Translations under genes and position numbers: made by a program | From: an uncultured Gammaproteobacteria bacterium | Lineage (GTDB): Bacteria; Pseudomonadota; Gammaproteobacteria; CAVYTG01 | Direction of reading: 5' to 3' | DNA length: 64,000 nucleotides | Assembly (NCBI GenBank): GCA_963771515.1 | Contig: CAVYTG010000002.1 | Span: 46,607-110,606, forward strand | In this document: piece by piece, positions 39,522 through 49,505 of the stretch | Layout: the number at the start of each line of letters is the position of its first letter | Position numbering within the stretch: the first letter of the stretch is position 1 | Notes under the pieces: model-generated | What the model saw: the letters and a program-made list of their open reading frames with translations, nothing else | What the model was told of the DNA's origin: nothing | Databases searched by the model: none

Positions 39522-41324
39522 CTATTTTTGAAAGACATAGGTGCCTGGAGCATCATCGAGAATCTTATAACCTTGTTGAGAATTTCCTGTGGGTGGAGGC
39601 GATACCTTTCCTCTAGAATGACTGGCTAGCCATTGTTCCCATGCAGGCCACCAGGATCCTTCATTCTCTGGCGCTTTTTGTTGCCAAAGTTCAGGAGAAA
39701 TATGCTTCTCTCTTTTTTTATGCGTCATGAGTTGATAACTACGCCCAGGATGACCGGGTTCGTTAACAATGCCAGAATTATGGCCTGTATTCGTTAATAC
39801 AAAGGTGACATCCGATTCAGTAAAGAAATGAACTTTATAAACAGATTTCCAAGGTGCGACATGGTCCTTTAAAGTGCCCACTGCAAAAATGGGGATATCA
39901 ATATCCGACAAAGAAAGTGTTGTTTCATCCAGACTATAATGTCCCTCTACAAGATCATTATTTAAAAATAATTTCCTAAGATACTCTGAATGCATCTTAT
40001 AGGGTAAGCGTGTCGCATCGTAATCCCAAGCCATCAGATCATTGATCGGTCTTCTTGTCCCTAGTTGATAATCCAGAATGATTTTAGACCAGATCATATC
40101 AATGGATCGCAGCATACTGAATGTACCTGCCATTTGTGATCCATCTAAATATCCTTTTCCCCACATAATATCTTCGATATAAGCTAATTGACTTTCATCA
40201 ATGAATAAAAGGAGTTCACCCGCATCTTTAAAATCGACTTGGGCGGCAAACAGTGTGATGGACTTTAATCGATCATCATTTCTTCTGGCCATGACTGCAG
40301 ATGCAAGCATTAACAAACTTCCACCAATACAATATCCCACTGCATGGATTTTTTGTTGCGGTATAATATGACCCACGGCATCCATCGCATCCATGATGCC
40401 AAGATTGATATAGTCTTCCATACTTAAGTCTTTATCTTGGCTTTCAGGATTTCTCCAGGAAATCATAAATACGGTGTACCCTTGATTAACTAAATACTTG
40501 ACCATTGAATTGTGAGGAGAAAGGTCAAGGATGTAATATTTCATGATCCAGGCAGGCAAAATTAATATGGGTTCTGCATGTACTTTTTGGGTTGTTGGTT
40601 CATATTGAATGAGTTCAATTAAGTGGTTTCGATAAATGACTTTTCCGGGCGTAATCGCCACATTTTTTCCAACCTTGAACTGTTCTGAACCCACAGGCGG
40701 CTGCTTGTTGATAAGACGTGTCAAATCTTCAGCCCAATTATTGAACCCGTTAACAAAATTCATCCCCCATTTTTTCTGAGTGACATCGATGACTTCTGGG
40801 TTCATCCAAGGGAAATTGGAAGGGGCGTAAATATCCAGCGCTTGTCGTGTTGTAAAATTCACAATATTTTCATGATGCTTTGAAACGCCTCTAGTTTTCG
40901 TAGTAGCTTCATCCCAGACACGTTCATTCAATAAAAATAATTGGGAACACAGATTAAATGGAAGTTGATTCCATAATGGGCTTTGAAATCGATGGTCTTT
41001 CTCTCTTATTTTCACGCAGGGTTCACAGTGTTGACCGCCACAAGATTGCAGGGTGTAGAGAGAAAATTGCGAAAACCTTTGTATCGCATTTTTATAGAGA
41101 TCGAGGCATTTTTCAGGAGAGAAGGTTAAATGGGTGAGCCAATCAGAATAAGCCAATAAGCAAGCGGCAGGTGATAACCAGCCGGTGAAATGGCTCAAAT
41201 AGCCGTGTAATATTCTGTCTAAATTAGGGTTTTCAACCTTTGCTGATTCTTTGGAGGGCACATGGGATTTCTTCCTCCTTGAGCTTCTATTCGCTTTTTG
41301 TTTTTTTGCAGCGTTCATATCCAT
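39522..41324 (-). CDS. phaC: Class I polyhydroxyalkanoate synthase
   Basis: WIMKYYILDL, lipase box GYCIGG, DHVAPW, GH, SWWPAW, DAPGTYV. Confidence 0.93.
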   Translation of the reverse strand: MDMNAAKKQKANRSSRRKKSHVPSKESAKVENPNLDRILHGYLSHFTGWLSPAACLLAYSDWLTHLTFSPEKCLDLYKNAIQRFSQFSLYTLQSCGGQHCEPCVKIREKDHRFQSPLWNQLPFNLCSQLFLLNERVWDEATTKTRGVSKHHENIVNFTTRQALDIYAPSNFPWMNPEVIDVTQKKWGMNFVNGFNNWAEDLTRLINKQPPVGSEQFKVGKNVAITPGKVIYRNHLIELIQYEPTTQKVHAEPILILPAWIMKYYILDLSPHNSMVKYLVNQGYTVFMISWRNPESQDKDLSMEDYINLGIMDAMDAVGHIIPQQKIHAVGYCIGGSLLMLASAVMARRNDDRLKSITLFAAQVDFKDAGELLLFIDESQLAYIEDIMWGKGYLDGSQMAGTFSMLRSIDMIWSKIILDYQLGTRRPINDLMAWDYDATRLPYKMHSEYLRKLFLNNDLVEGHYSLDETTLSLSDIDIPIFAVGTLKDHVAPWKSVYKVHFFTESDVTFVLTNTGHNSGIVNEPGHPGRSYQLMTHKKREKHISPELWQQKAPENEGSWWPAWEQWLASHSRGKVSPPPTGNSQQGYKILDDAPGTYVFQK

Positions 41325-41559
41325 TCCTTTCTATTAAACCATCATCTCAATTGCAATCGCAGTTGCCTCGCCCCGCCAACACAAAGTGCTGAAATCCCAT
41401 GGTGTAATTTTTTTCTATGTAACGCATGATTGCAGGGATTCTATCGAGGCTCATATATAGTATTGTGGTTAACGTAGGGAATTTCTGCAACAAGTTGTCG
41501 CAGTTTTGGATGATTCTTATATTCGGTGGGTGCACACAAAAGGATATCAACCTTTGATT

Positions 41560-41683
41560 TTGACTGACATAGTCTGGATTTTTATAGTTCGGCTGACCCG
41601 TTTTTTCATCCCGCGGGATATGATCCAAGTGCCACCCGCCGATACAAGGATACCAACCCTCCATCAACATATGCACCCTGGAA
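41560..41683 (-). pseudogene. Fragment of a phage-like hypothetical (possible 2OG-Fe oxygenase) gene cut by IS6
   Basis: RVHMLMEGWYPCIGGWHLDHIPR with HxD motif. Confidence 0.35.
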
Positions 41684-42504
41684 GGCACCATCAAGTTAAC
41701 ATTTTGATGACAAAAAGAGCCCCTTTCCCCAAAATTTAGGCGCAAAAAGCCTGACTAGCTGCGAAATTCCAAATTTCTTTGGCTTCCTTAAATTTTACAC
41801 GTTGTTCTTGAGCGGTATTTTTATAGCGCCCAACCGCGACAGAAAAGATATTCCGGGTTTTCCCCATCAGAGAAAGTGTTTTCTGTACCCCTCCTGGAGA
41901 TTTAAATTTGATCAGACATTTCTCTTTTCTTCGAGTGGGCTGATGAGCGTTCTCAACCCGGTTATTCAAGCCTTTATGCTGTCTGTGCTCAGTTCCTTTG
42001 CACATATGCTGAATGGGCTTGTTATAACTCTTCAGTTTATCCGTCACAATAACACGAGGTTTTGGGTATGAGCCTAACAGCCTGGATAAAAATCGAGTGG
42101 CCGCTCTCTTGTTCCGACATTTTTGAAGTAGAACATCCAGCTCATAACCTTCAGAATCAACTGCTCGCCAGAGATAATAGGGCTCTCCATTGATTTTCAA
42201 CACCATCTCGTCTAAATGCCATTTATTCCCGGGCTTCGTTTCTCGCTTTTTGAGCACGTCTTGAAATTGATCTCCAAACTTCAAACACCAACTACGAATG
42301 GCTTCATGGCTTACCGATATACCTCGATATAAAAGTCGCTCCTTTACATCTCTATAGCTGTCATTGAATCGGTGATAACTCCATACAACCCCAATAATTT
42401 CCATCGGAAAACGGTGCCTCTTCGGCTTCTTTTGCAACATCATCAAGGATGACTCCAATATCAATTCCCAGCAGTCTAGCATAATCAGTTAACTTGACGG
42501 TGCC
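41684..42504 (-). mobile_element. IS6-family element copy 3 (821 bp)
   Basis: IRs GGCACC(A/G)TCAAGTTAAC; near-identical to the other copies. Confidence 0.95.
41736..42482 (-). CDS. IS6-family transposase
   Basis: Protein identical to copies 1 and 2. Confidence 0.95.
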   Translation of the reverse strand: MLDCWELILESSLMMLQKKPKRHRFPMEIIGVVWSYHRFNDSYRDVKERLLYRGISVSHEAIRSWCLKFGDQFQDVLKKRETKPGNKWHLDEMVLKINGEPYYLWRAVDSEGYELDVLLQKCRNKRAATRFLSRLLGSYPKPRVIVTDKLKSYNKPIQHMCKGTEHRQHKGLNNRVENAHQPTRRKEKCLIKFKSPGGVQKTLSLMGKTRNIFSVAVGRYKNTAQEQRVKFKEAKEIWNFAASQAFCA

Positions 42505-42987
42505 CTTGATCGAGGCTACTTTAGTTATTTAGTGCTCTACGAAGCCATGCGAAAAGGCATTCATCTTATTTGTCGCCTGCAGTCTGGAAGCATGAATGAA
42601 ACCATCAAGTTATTTTGGGAAAGTGATTTAACCGATACCATTATTGATTATAATCCCTCTTCCTCAGTCAAATCAGAAATAAAAAAGCAAGGATATTCTT
42701 TGAATTATAAGACAATCCCATTGCGTCTTATTAAATATAAAATTAATGATGAAACCTATGTTTGCGCAACAACACTGATGGGTGAATGCTATCCATTAGA
42801 TGATTTTCCCCGCGTTTATCATGGCCGATGGGGAATAGAAGAGTTGTATAAAATATCCAAAATGTTTATTGGTATTGAAGATTTTCACAGTAAAACTGAA
42901 CGAGGAGTCAAGCAGGAGTTGTACGCTCACGTCTTATTGATAAATAGTGAAAGGGCAATGGAAGTATCTTTATCGTGCCATTGCTAA
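42505..42987 (+). pseudogene. IS4-family transposase internal/C-terminal fragment
   Basis: LDRGYFSY from 42505; YHGRWGIEELYK; FHSKTERGVKQELYA. Confidence 0.8.
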
Positions 42988-43144
42988 GCGCAAACCTCAG
43001 AAATTTTTGATTGATTCCCTTGCTACATTTTTCTGTAACCACAGGCCGGAGAGAGAAGGGTTTCAGCTAATCCTTTAATTCTATAGAAGCTTAATCCTAT
43101 TAGCGTGTATTTACGGACAATTCTCCCTGGTGCTCTTATTCAGT

Positions 43145-43172
43145 TTGAAAAAATACGCCAATGACGTATAAT
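43145..43172 (+). promoter_or_regulatory. Sigma70 promoter with embedded palindrome
   Basis: TTGAAA-16-TATAAT containing TACGCCAATGACGTA; ATG only 8 nt after the -10 box, implying a near-leaderless mRNA. Confidence 0.55.
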
Positions 43173-43180
43173 ATAGGTCT

Positions 43181-43507
43181 ATGGTTATTAAAGAAACATC
43201 CGTTTTCACTCGCTTAATTAAAGAAATGATGGGTGATAGAGACTACAATGCACTGCAACTTTCTTTAGTTGCCAATCCAACTCAAGGAGCAGTGATACGT
43301 GGTAGCGGTGGACTTAGGAAGATGCGATGGTCAGACTCTTCAAAAGGTAAAAGAGGAGGTTTTAGGCTAATTTATTACTATTTATCTTGTGATAACCAAG
43401 TTTTAATGATTTATCTTTATAAGAAGAATCATCAGTCTGACTTAACGCAAGAACAGTTAAAGCAACTTAAACAAGTCGTAGAGGAGGAGTTAAAAAATGA
43501 ATCATGA
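43181..43507 (+). CDS. RelE/HigB-type toxin
   Basis: GAVIRGSGGLRKMRW and KGKRGGFRLIYY motifs. Confidence 0.9.
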   Translation: MVIKETSVFTRLIKEMMGDRDYNALQLSLVANPTQGAVIRGSGGLRKMRWSDSSKGKRGGFRLIYYYLSCDNQVLMIYLYKKNHQSDLTQEQLKQLKQVVEEELKNES

Positions 43508-43784
43508 TGCATTTAATGAATTGCTAGAAAGTACTCGAGAGGCAGGTAAAATTGTACGAGGTGAGCGGAAAGCCAAAAGAATTTTTTCCTATAGCCCTTT
43601 AGATGTTAAAAGCATTCGAAAAAATTTAGGCTTGTCACAAGAGAGATTCTCTCAACTTATTCATGTAAGTTCAAGAACACTTCAAAATTGGGAGCAGGGA
43701 AGGCGTCAACCGGTTGGTCCTGCATTGGTTTTGTTAAAAGCATTGAAAGAAGACCCTAAGCATGTTATTGCGGCGTTAAATTAA
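43497..43784 (+). CDS. HigA/NadS-type HTH antitoxin
   Basis: LGLSQERFSQLIHVSSRTLQNWEQGRR. Confidence 0.9.
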   Translation: MNHDAFNELLESTREAGKIVRGERKAKRIFSYSPLDVKSIRKNLGLSQERFSQLIHVSSRTLQNWEQGRRQPVGPALVLLKALKEDPKHVIAALN

Positions 43785-43895
43785 AAAGACAAAGGTTGTT
43801 TGCTACATTCAAGCTTTTGGCTCCGTTGCAAAAACTTCATCGAATAAAATTTCCTTGATTTGATCGTCTGTTTTTTATCCAGTTAACCCAAAGAG

Positions 43896-43952
43896 TGAAA
43901 TGCTCCCAAATATTTAATTTAATATATCGATTAAATACTTGGGAGCATTTCA
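43896..43952. repeat. Long palindrome (23-bp arms, 1 mismatch)
   Basis: TGAAATGCTCCCAAATATTTAAT-N11-ATTAAATACTTGGGAGCATTTCA. Confidence 0.85.
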
Positions 43953-44061
43953 TTGGGAGAATTAACTCCCCATGAGGCGTTTGTTCAGACAAAAATTATT
44001 TCTTAATTTAGGACCCTTTTTGTCGGAACCGAAGGAGGTATTTCAGTTGTTTTTATAGGTC

Positions 44062-44090
44062 TTGATAATTGTGCCCCTAAGAGCTATACT
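44062..44090 (+). promoter_or_regulatory. Sigma70 promoter of the TA operon
   Basis: TTGATA-17-TATACT. Confidence 0.5.
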
Positions 44091-44126
44091 TTATGATGTA
44101 ATGATTGTACAAAAAGGGCACTGTCA

Positions 44127-44501
44127 TTGAGAACTTTCAAGATAAAGGTTTTCTCTAAATGGGCAAAAAAAGCTGGTTTGTCTGATGAGGCGCTGAAAAA
44201 GGCGCTTGAAGAAATTGACCAAGGTTTATTTGAAGCAGATTTGGGAAGACATCTTTTTAAGAAACGTATCGCGAAATCAGGTCAGGGTAAGAGAGGTGGA
44301 TATCGAACGATTGTTTTATTTAAAAAGAATCAGACGGCTTTTTTCTTGTATGGCTTTGAAAAGAATAAAAAGAGTAACCTTAGCAAGCAGGAACTAGAAG
44401 GTTACAAAATGCTTTCTGATGACTTGCTCAAGTTGAAATCGGAAGAGCTTGCTAAAGGTGTAGAGCAAGGTTTATTTTTAGAGGTAGATAATGATGAATA
44501 A
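44127..44501 (+). CDS. RelE/ParE-family (DUF1044-like) toxin
   Basis: EADLGRHLFKKRIA, GKRGGYRTI, FLYGFEKN motifs. Confidence 0.88.
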   Translation: MRTFKIKVFSKWAKKAGLSDEALKKALEEIDQGLFEADLGRHLFKKRIAKSGQGKRGGYRTIVLFKKNQTAFFLYGFEKNKKSNLSKQELEGYKMLSDDLLKLKSEELAKGVEQGLFLEVDNDE

Positions 44502-44799
44502 ATCTCCATTAGAAACTATCCATGACTTGGCAAAAGATATGCATAGTGTTGGATTAATTAGTGCTCGTCGATTTAAGGAGTACGAGGTTTTATGTTTACC
44601 TAAAGTAAAAGAGCTAAAACCGGAAGAGATAAAAAAGATACGATTACATGAAAAGTTGAGTCAAGCTGTTTTTGCAAAACTTTTAAATACTTCTTTATCG
44701 ACGGTTCAGCATTGGGAGCAAGGGCAAAAACATCCGAGAGGTGCAACCTTGAAGTTACTTAATTTGGTTTCTGAGAAGGGCATAGATATTTTAGTATAA
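44491..44799 (+). CDS. HTH antitoxin
   Basis: LSQAVFAKLLNTSLSTVQHWEQGQKHP. Confidence 0.88.
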   Translation: MMNKSPLETIHDLAKDMHSVGLISARRFKEYEVLCLPKVKELKPEEIKKIRLHEKLSQAVFAKLLNTSLSTVQHWEQGQKHPRGATLKLLNLVSEKGIDILV

Positions 44800-44826
44800 T
44801 GGCCGATAAATCTGATTATCGGCCAT
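44799..44826. terminator. Hairpin between convergent genes
   Basis: ATGGCCGATAA-N6-TTATCGGCCAT; no U tract. Confidence 0.4.
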
Positions 44827-44876
44827 GCAGAAAATATCCTTGAAATCAAACGGTTACCTCTGGCCCAGGGGAAGGT

Positions 44877-47261
44877 TTAGAAAAACTGTGGGCCGCCCCC
44901 TGTGTTGTTCTCATTCGTATCATCGCTTTCTTCTTCTAGTTTTTCATGTTTCTCGAATAATTCTTGATATCTTTCAAGTAGGTATTTTTTTCCTTCTTCT
45001 AGGTTTTTATTATTATCTAATAAATCTTTATTCTCACCAGTTAACTTCTCAAGTTTTACTTTTTGATATTCATTCGTCCCATATAAAATATTGATCAAGT
45101 TATCTTGGTCTTTATTTTCTAATTCTAAACTTTGAACTTTTTCCTTAAGCTGTAAATTTTCGTTAGTTAATCTATTTCTCTCATTCGTATCATCGCTTTC
45201 TTCATTATTAGAAGACTTCGATTGATTCCTATAACCCTCATTCTCTTCTTTTAACCTTTTATTTTCTTCAATTAGCTCAATATGTTCTGCGTCTAGCTTT
45301 TCATATTTTACGAGTACGTGCTCTATTTGTTCTTCCTGACGTTCATTCTCGCTTCTTAAACCTTGAATTTCGCCTCTTAAACTTTGAATCTCTTTATTTA
45401 AACCTTGATTCTCACGTGTTAAACCTTGTTTTTCATCTGTTAATTTCTCAATCTTTGCTTCGTCCTTTGCTTTCTCTGCATATAAATTATGAACCAAGTC
45501 GTCTTGTTGTTTTACAATTACATCTAAAGTCTCTGCTCTTTCTTCATAAGCTATACATTGTTTTTTAAGCTGCAAGTTATCATTGTTTAATTCAATAATT
45601 TCCCTAGATTGCACTTCAACTACATTCTCCAGCATTACTATCTGAGTATTCCTTTCTTCTATTTCTCGATAACCTCCATTGAGCAGCCTTGTGTTGTAGG
45701 TTTGCATATTCACGAATTCTTTGAATCCTTCAAAAAAAACACCTCTCGGTAAATCTGTATGGTTTAAATAGTGTCTGAAAGATTCAACATCATTATCCTT
45801 GTAACAGTTATATAATTGCTCATAACATTCCATGACCTTTTCCACAAACTCTTTTGTGCCCCTTTTAGGGTAGGTTGCAATGAAGCTTTTCCAGGGGGGT
45901 TGATTAACAGCTAAATAGGCCAAATAAGGCAAAACTTGCTCACCCATCTGTACATCCAGCTCACCCTTTACATCTATAAAAAGTGTCCAAATACTAGATG
46001 CCTGATACTCTACCAATAGATTTACTGATTTTGTTTGCTCCCAGCCCGCCATTTGATAAAAGGGAGCTGAGGGGTTAAAGAAAATTTCTGAGAGATTTTC
46101 TCTAGATGTTTTCTCTTTAAGAAACTCAAACATACTATACAATATGTTTACCCTGCCTTCTTCTTTCGCTAATCCCAAGACAGACATTCCATTCAAATCT
46201 CTCAAAAATGGGTCGGCTCCAACTTCCAGTAATATCCGAACCATTTCTGGTTGATTTTCAATGACCGCCATATGTAATAAGCTTGACCCTTCATCATTGA
46301 CTAAAGAAGGGCTGATATTACTTTCAATCAGGTTTTTCGCTGCAAATGAAAATAACTCTTCATCCCTTTCAACATTTTGTTCTATTTCATCCAGGGTTAT
46401 CGCACTATAAAGCAGCTCGGGTGCTTCTTTTAATAAAACTTGTATTTCCTCATATTTCTCTGATAACACCTCTTTCTGTTTTTTGGTTAAATCCAAAAAA
46501 CTTCCTTTGCAGGATTTTCTCTCTCTTTCAATACTTCTACTTTCTTGACGGGATTTTTCTAGATGATTTTTAAGCGATGCAAGAACAGATTCAAACCAAT
46601 TAGAATCTTCCTGATTCTGGGTAATATCTAATAAGTATGCTTTTAACTCAGATTCAGCCTTATCAAACACATGATCCAAAAACTCATCATTGTCTTCCTC
46701 CTTTCCTGGCAAATCACCCAATATAAGGACTTTACCATCAGATAGAGAAACTCTGTTAAGGTTTTTATTCAATGGTATTTTGAGTTCTACTCTGGCTTCA
46801 CACTTACCCCTGATTTCTATCAAATCATCAAAGCAAGCATTTTCTATTTCTATCTTTTTTTCTGATAAATGCTCATCATTGACTAATCCATTTTCTATTA
46901 AGTCGCTTAGATTTTCATAACGGTCATACCAAGCTACATAAGTCTTAATTTTAAAATCTAAGACCCACTCCTGCTTATTAAAAGAGAATAAATCTTGATC
47001 AAGTTTGTTCAGTTTAAAGTTCAGATATTTTTCATAATCCTTTTGAAGGACTCTTAATAACCAATCTGCATTAATTTCCTCGGTAGACCCAGCTTCCCGG
47101 ATAGACTCAAATAATCTTTGCTCTATATTCAGTCTCAGTGTATCCAGATCAAGTTCATCTATACTGGGCACTATCTCCTCTGGTGCTAAAATATCGTTTT
47201 CTTCACCATGCATTTCTTGTGGGGTTAAATTTTGATTTATTTCAGCTGGTTCTGTTGACAT
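44877..47261 (-). CDS. Ankyrin-repeat, acidic coiled-coil protein (candidate effector)
   Basis: GSSLLHMAV...VRILLEVGADP ankyrin repeats; long heptad region; duplicated EESDDTNE. Confidence 0.8.
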   Translation of the reverse strand: MSTEPAEINQNLTPQEMHGEENDILAPEEIVPSIDELDLDTLRLNIEQRLFESIREAGSTEEINADWLLRVLQKDYEKYLNFKLNKLDQDLFSFNKQEWVLDFKIKTYVAWYDRYENLSDLIENGLVNDEHLSEKKIEIENACFDDLIEIRGKCEARVELKIPLNKNLNRVSLSDGKVLILGDLPGKEEDNDEFLDHVFDKAESELKAYLLDITQNQEDSNWFESVLASLKNHLEKSRQESRSIERERKSCKGSFLDLTKKQKEVLSEKYEEIQVLLKEAPELLYSAITLDEIEQNVERDEELFSFAAKNLIESNISPSLVNDEGSSLLHMAVIENQPEMVRILLEVGADPFLRDLNGMSVLGLAKEEGRVNILYSMFEFLKEKTSRENLSEIFFNPSAPFYQMAGWEQTKSVNLLVEYQASSIWTLFIDVKGELDVQMGEQVLPYLAYLAVNQPPWKSFIATYPKRGTKEFVEKVMECYEQLYNCYKDNDVESFRHYLNHTDLPRGVFFEGFKEFVNMQTYNTRLLNGGYREIEERNTQIVMLENVVEVQSREIIELNNDNLQLKKQCIAYEERAETLDVIVKQQDDLVHNLYAEKAKDEAKIEKLTDEKQGLTRENQGLNKEIQSLRGEIQGLRSENERQEEQIEHVLVKYEKLDAEHIELIEENKRLKEENEGYRNQSKSSNNEESDDTNERNRLTNENLQLKEKVQSLELENKDQDNLINILYGTNEYQKVKLEKLTGENKDLLDNNKNLEEGKKYLLERYQELFEKHEKLEEESDDTNENNTGGGPQFF

Positions 47262-47327
47262 TATTTGTCTCCATAAAATTTATTAACTACTCCTCCCCTC
47301 CAGTACAAAGACACATAGCAGGCCAGG

Positions 47328-49505
47328 TTATGAGAAACCTAAAATTTTCTCCTGTTCTTCTGCTTCTACTTCTTGATTCTTCAGTTTATTTCTTACCTGT
47401 TCTAGTTTCTCTATTCTAACTATGGCTTTAGCAAGATTTTCTCCTGACTTCTCTTGCTTTTTCCTTAATTCTCCAGTTTCTATTTTTAATTCTCCAGCTT
47501 CTATTTTTAATTCTTCAGTATTTACTTTTAATTTTTCATATTCTTTTCCTAGTTCCTTCAGATTTTCCCTATTTTCTTTGAATCCCTGCATTAAGAATTC
47601 AATTTCAACTTTCATCTTAGCAGTGTGATCTTCCGCTTTTCCAATGTATCCTTCTAATAAAGCATTAATTTTTCTTAATATTTCATTCTGTTCCTCAACC
47701 AGGGCAACCTTATATTCGCTATTGTATTCTTTTTGCAAAGTTAACAAAAATTCATCAACGGCGTCCAAATCCTCTTCCTGAAGGCCATATTCAAAATATT
47801 TATCTACTTTTTCTCTGAGATCAATTAACGCCTGCATAATGAGTTTAGATGTTGCAGCATCAAGATCTGATTTGCGGTCAGGATGATACTTCAACGCAAG
47901 ACTTGTCCAACTCTTTTTAAATTTTCTTTCCGCTTTCGCGATATTTCCTTCATGCGTCTTAAGCTCTATTTTTCCATCATTAAAATCAAGACAAGATTGC
48001 TTTGCATCCTTAAGCGCAGAGACAGCAATAGTAAACTCAGAGATAACCTCTTTTTCTATGCCCTTGGTTACATCTGGCATTGAAGTATTTTCTTCCCTAT
48101 GAGGAACTATTGTTATCCGATCTTTTACCTTTGCTTCTGAATCAACACTCCCTGCCCTGTTTTCCGGCACTATCACCAAAGCACGACTATTAGTAGCTTC
48201 CTCTCTTTGGGGAGGCGCGATGAATGAGTTTTTCTTTTTAGGAGTACTTGTTTTTCTACTTTGATGAACAGTATTAGGAGTAACTTTATTGCTAGATCGT
48301 GCACGATGATTCGTAGTGGAACCTGTAGTGGAATACCTTTCGACAGGATGTTGTCGGTTAAGGCTGTTATAGGTAGAGCGAGTATAGGTAGGACGAGCAT
48401 AATGCCTTATAGGATGCTGTCTTTCAGGAGACCCATAATGGATAATGTTGATTCGATGAGGGTCTCGAGGAGTGAAATAAGAGCCTAGCTTCTCACCCAT
48501 CTCTTCTAAAATTCTGACACCGGTTGCAGCTGCTGCTGTTAGTATACCTGTTGATAGTACACTTGCTGTTTGTGGCGCAAATGATGCACCAAAAGCCATA
48601 GCTGATGTCGTGGTTAACCATCCCTTCACTCCTAAATATGCAAACAGGAGTCCTTCGGATAAAGCAGCATGCATACTCATTGGAAGTAATGCGCCTAAAC
48701 CTTGGAACGCAACAGGCCCTAAAAACACAACGGCTGGCATGTACAATACAATACTGGCTAAATAACTAACCCCTCTGAACACATTACCTAAAATGATTCC
48801 GGGAACTCCACCTGCTGACTTGCCTAATGCATAGGCCATGGATGCGGCTTTAATCGGAGAGGTGATCAGCATCCCCACTCCAACCCAAAGCTTGCTGACT
48901 GCATATACCAAAGATAAAGCTGGAAAAGCAATGACACCTGCTGCGATCCCTAATCCCTGTTTGATGCCACTCCACTCTCCTATCTTTGAAGCTAAAGCAT
49001 GTATCCCTACCCCTGTCACACTATTTAATAAATCAGGAATGACTTCTGTAATAACCTTCAGAAGGCTTACGGGTGTGGTTAAGCAAAAACGGGCAATATT
49101 AAATAATGCAGCAAAAGGCATCAGGAAAAGCAGAAAATCATGATCTTTATTCCAACCTATCAAATCCTGCAGAAGTTCTTTTAAGGTTGGTTTTCTGATC
49201 GAACCTCCTCTTTCATCTTCTCTAAGACGATTGGGTAAACCAAAAAAACTGGTAAGCCCTGACTTGAGATCATATTCCTTTATGACATCTCTTTTAACGA
49301 CCTTATGACCGTTCACGGAAGCTTTAGATGACAATGGTACAACCCCATCGCCTGGATAGGCATCAAAAAAGACTTTTTTTAGTAGTATATTGAATAAATC
49401 ACTTTCGTTAGTCCGCAAGCCTGCTTCTCTGTAAATGCTTTGTTTTGTACGGGGTAGAAAATAAGTTTTTAATCGATCCAAAAAGCTGCGCTGCTCTTGA
49501 GCCAT
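47328..49505 (-). CDS. Multi-TM protein with J-domain and coiled coil (candidate effector)
   Basis: Hydrophobic N-terminal half; FKKSWTSLALKYHPDR; C-terminal heptads. Confidence 0.75.
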   Translation of the reverse strand: MAQEQRSFLDRLKTYFLPRTKQSIYREAGLRTNESDLFNILLKKVFFDAYPGDGVVPLSSKASVNGHKVVKRDVIKEYDLKSGLTSFFGLPNRLREDERGGSIRKPTLKELLQDLIGWNKDHDFLLFLMPFAALFNIARFCLTTPVSLLKVITEVIPDLLNSVTGVGIHALASKIGEWSGIKQGLGIAAGVIAFPALSLVYAVSKLWVGVGMLITSPIKAASMAYALGKSAGGVPGIILGNVFRGVSYLASIVLYMPAVVFLGPVAFQGLGALLPMSMHAALSEGLLFAYLGVKGWLTTTSAMAFGASFAPQTASVLSTGILTAAAATGVRILEEMGEKLGSYFTPRDPHRINIIHYGSPERQHPIRHYARPTYTRSTYNSLNRQHPVERYSTTGSTTNHRARSSNKVTPNTVHQSRKTSTPKKKNSFIAPPQREEATNSRALVIVPENRAGSVDSEAKVKDRITIVPHREENTSMPDVTKGIEKEVISEFTIAVSALKDAKQSCLDFNDGKIELKTHEGNIAKAERKFKKSWTSLALKYHPDRKSDLDAATSKLIMQALIDLREKVDKYFEYGLQEEDLDAVDEFLLTLQKEYNSEYKVALVEEQNEILRKINALLEGYIGKAEDHTAKMKVEIEFLMQGFKENRENLKELGKEYEKLKVNTEELKIEAGELKIETGELRKKQEKSGENLAKAIVRIEKLEQVRNKLKNQEVEAEEQEKILGFS

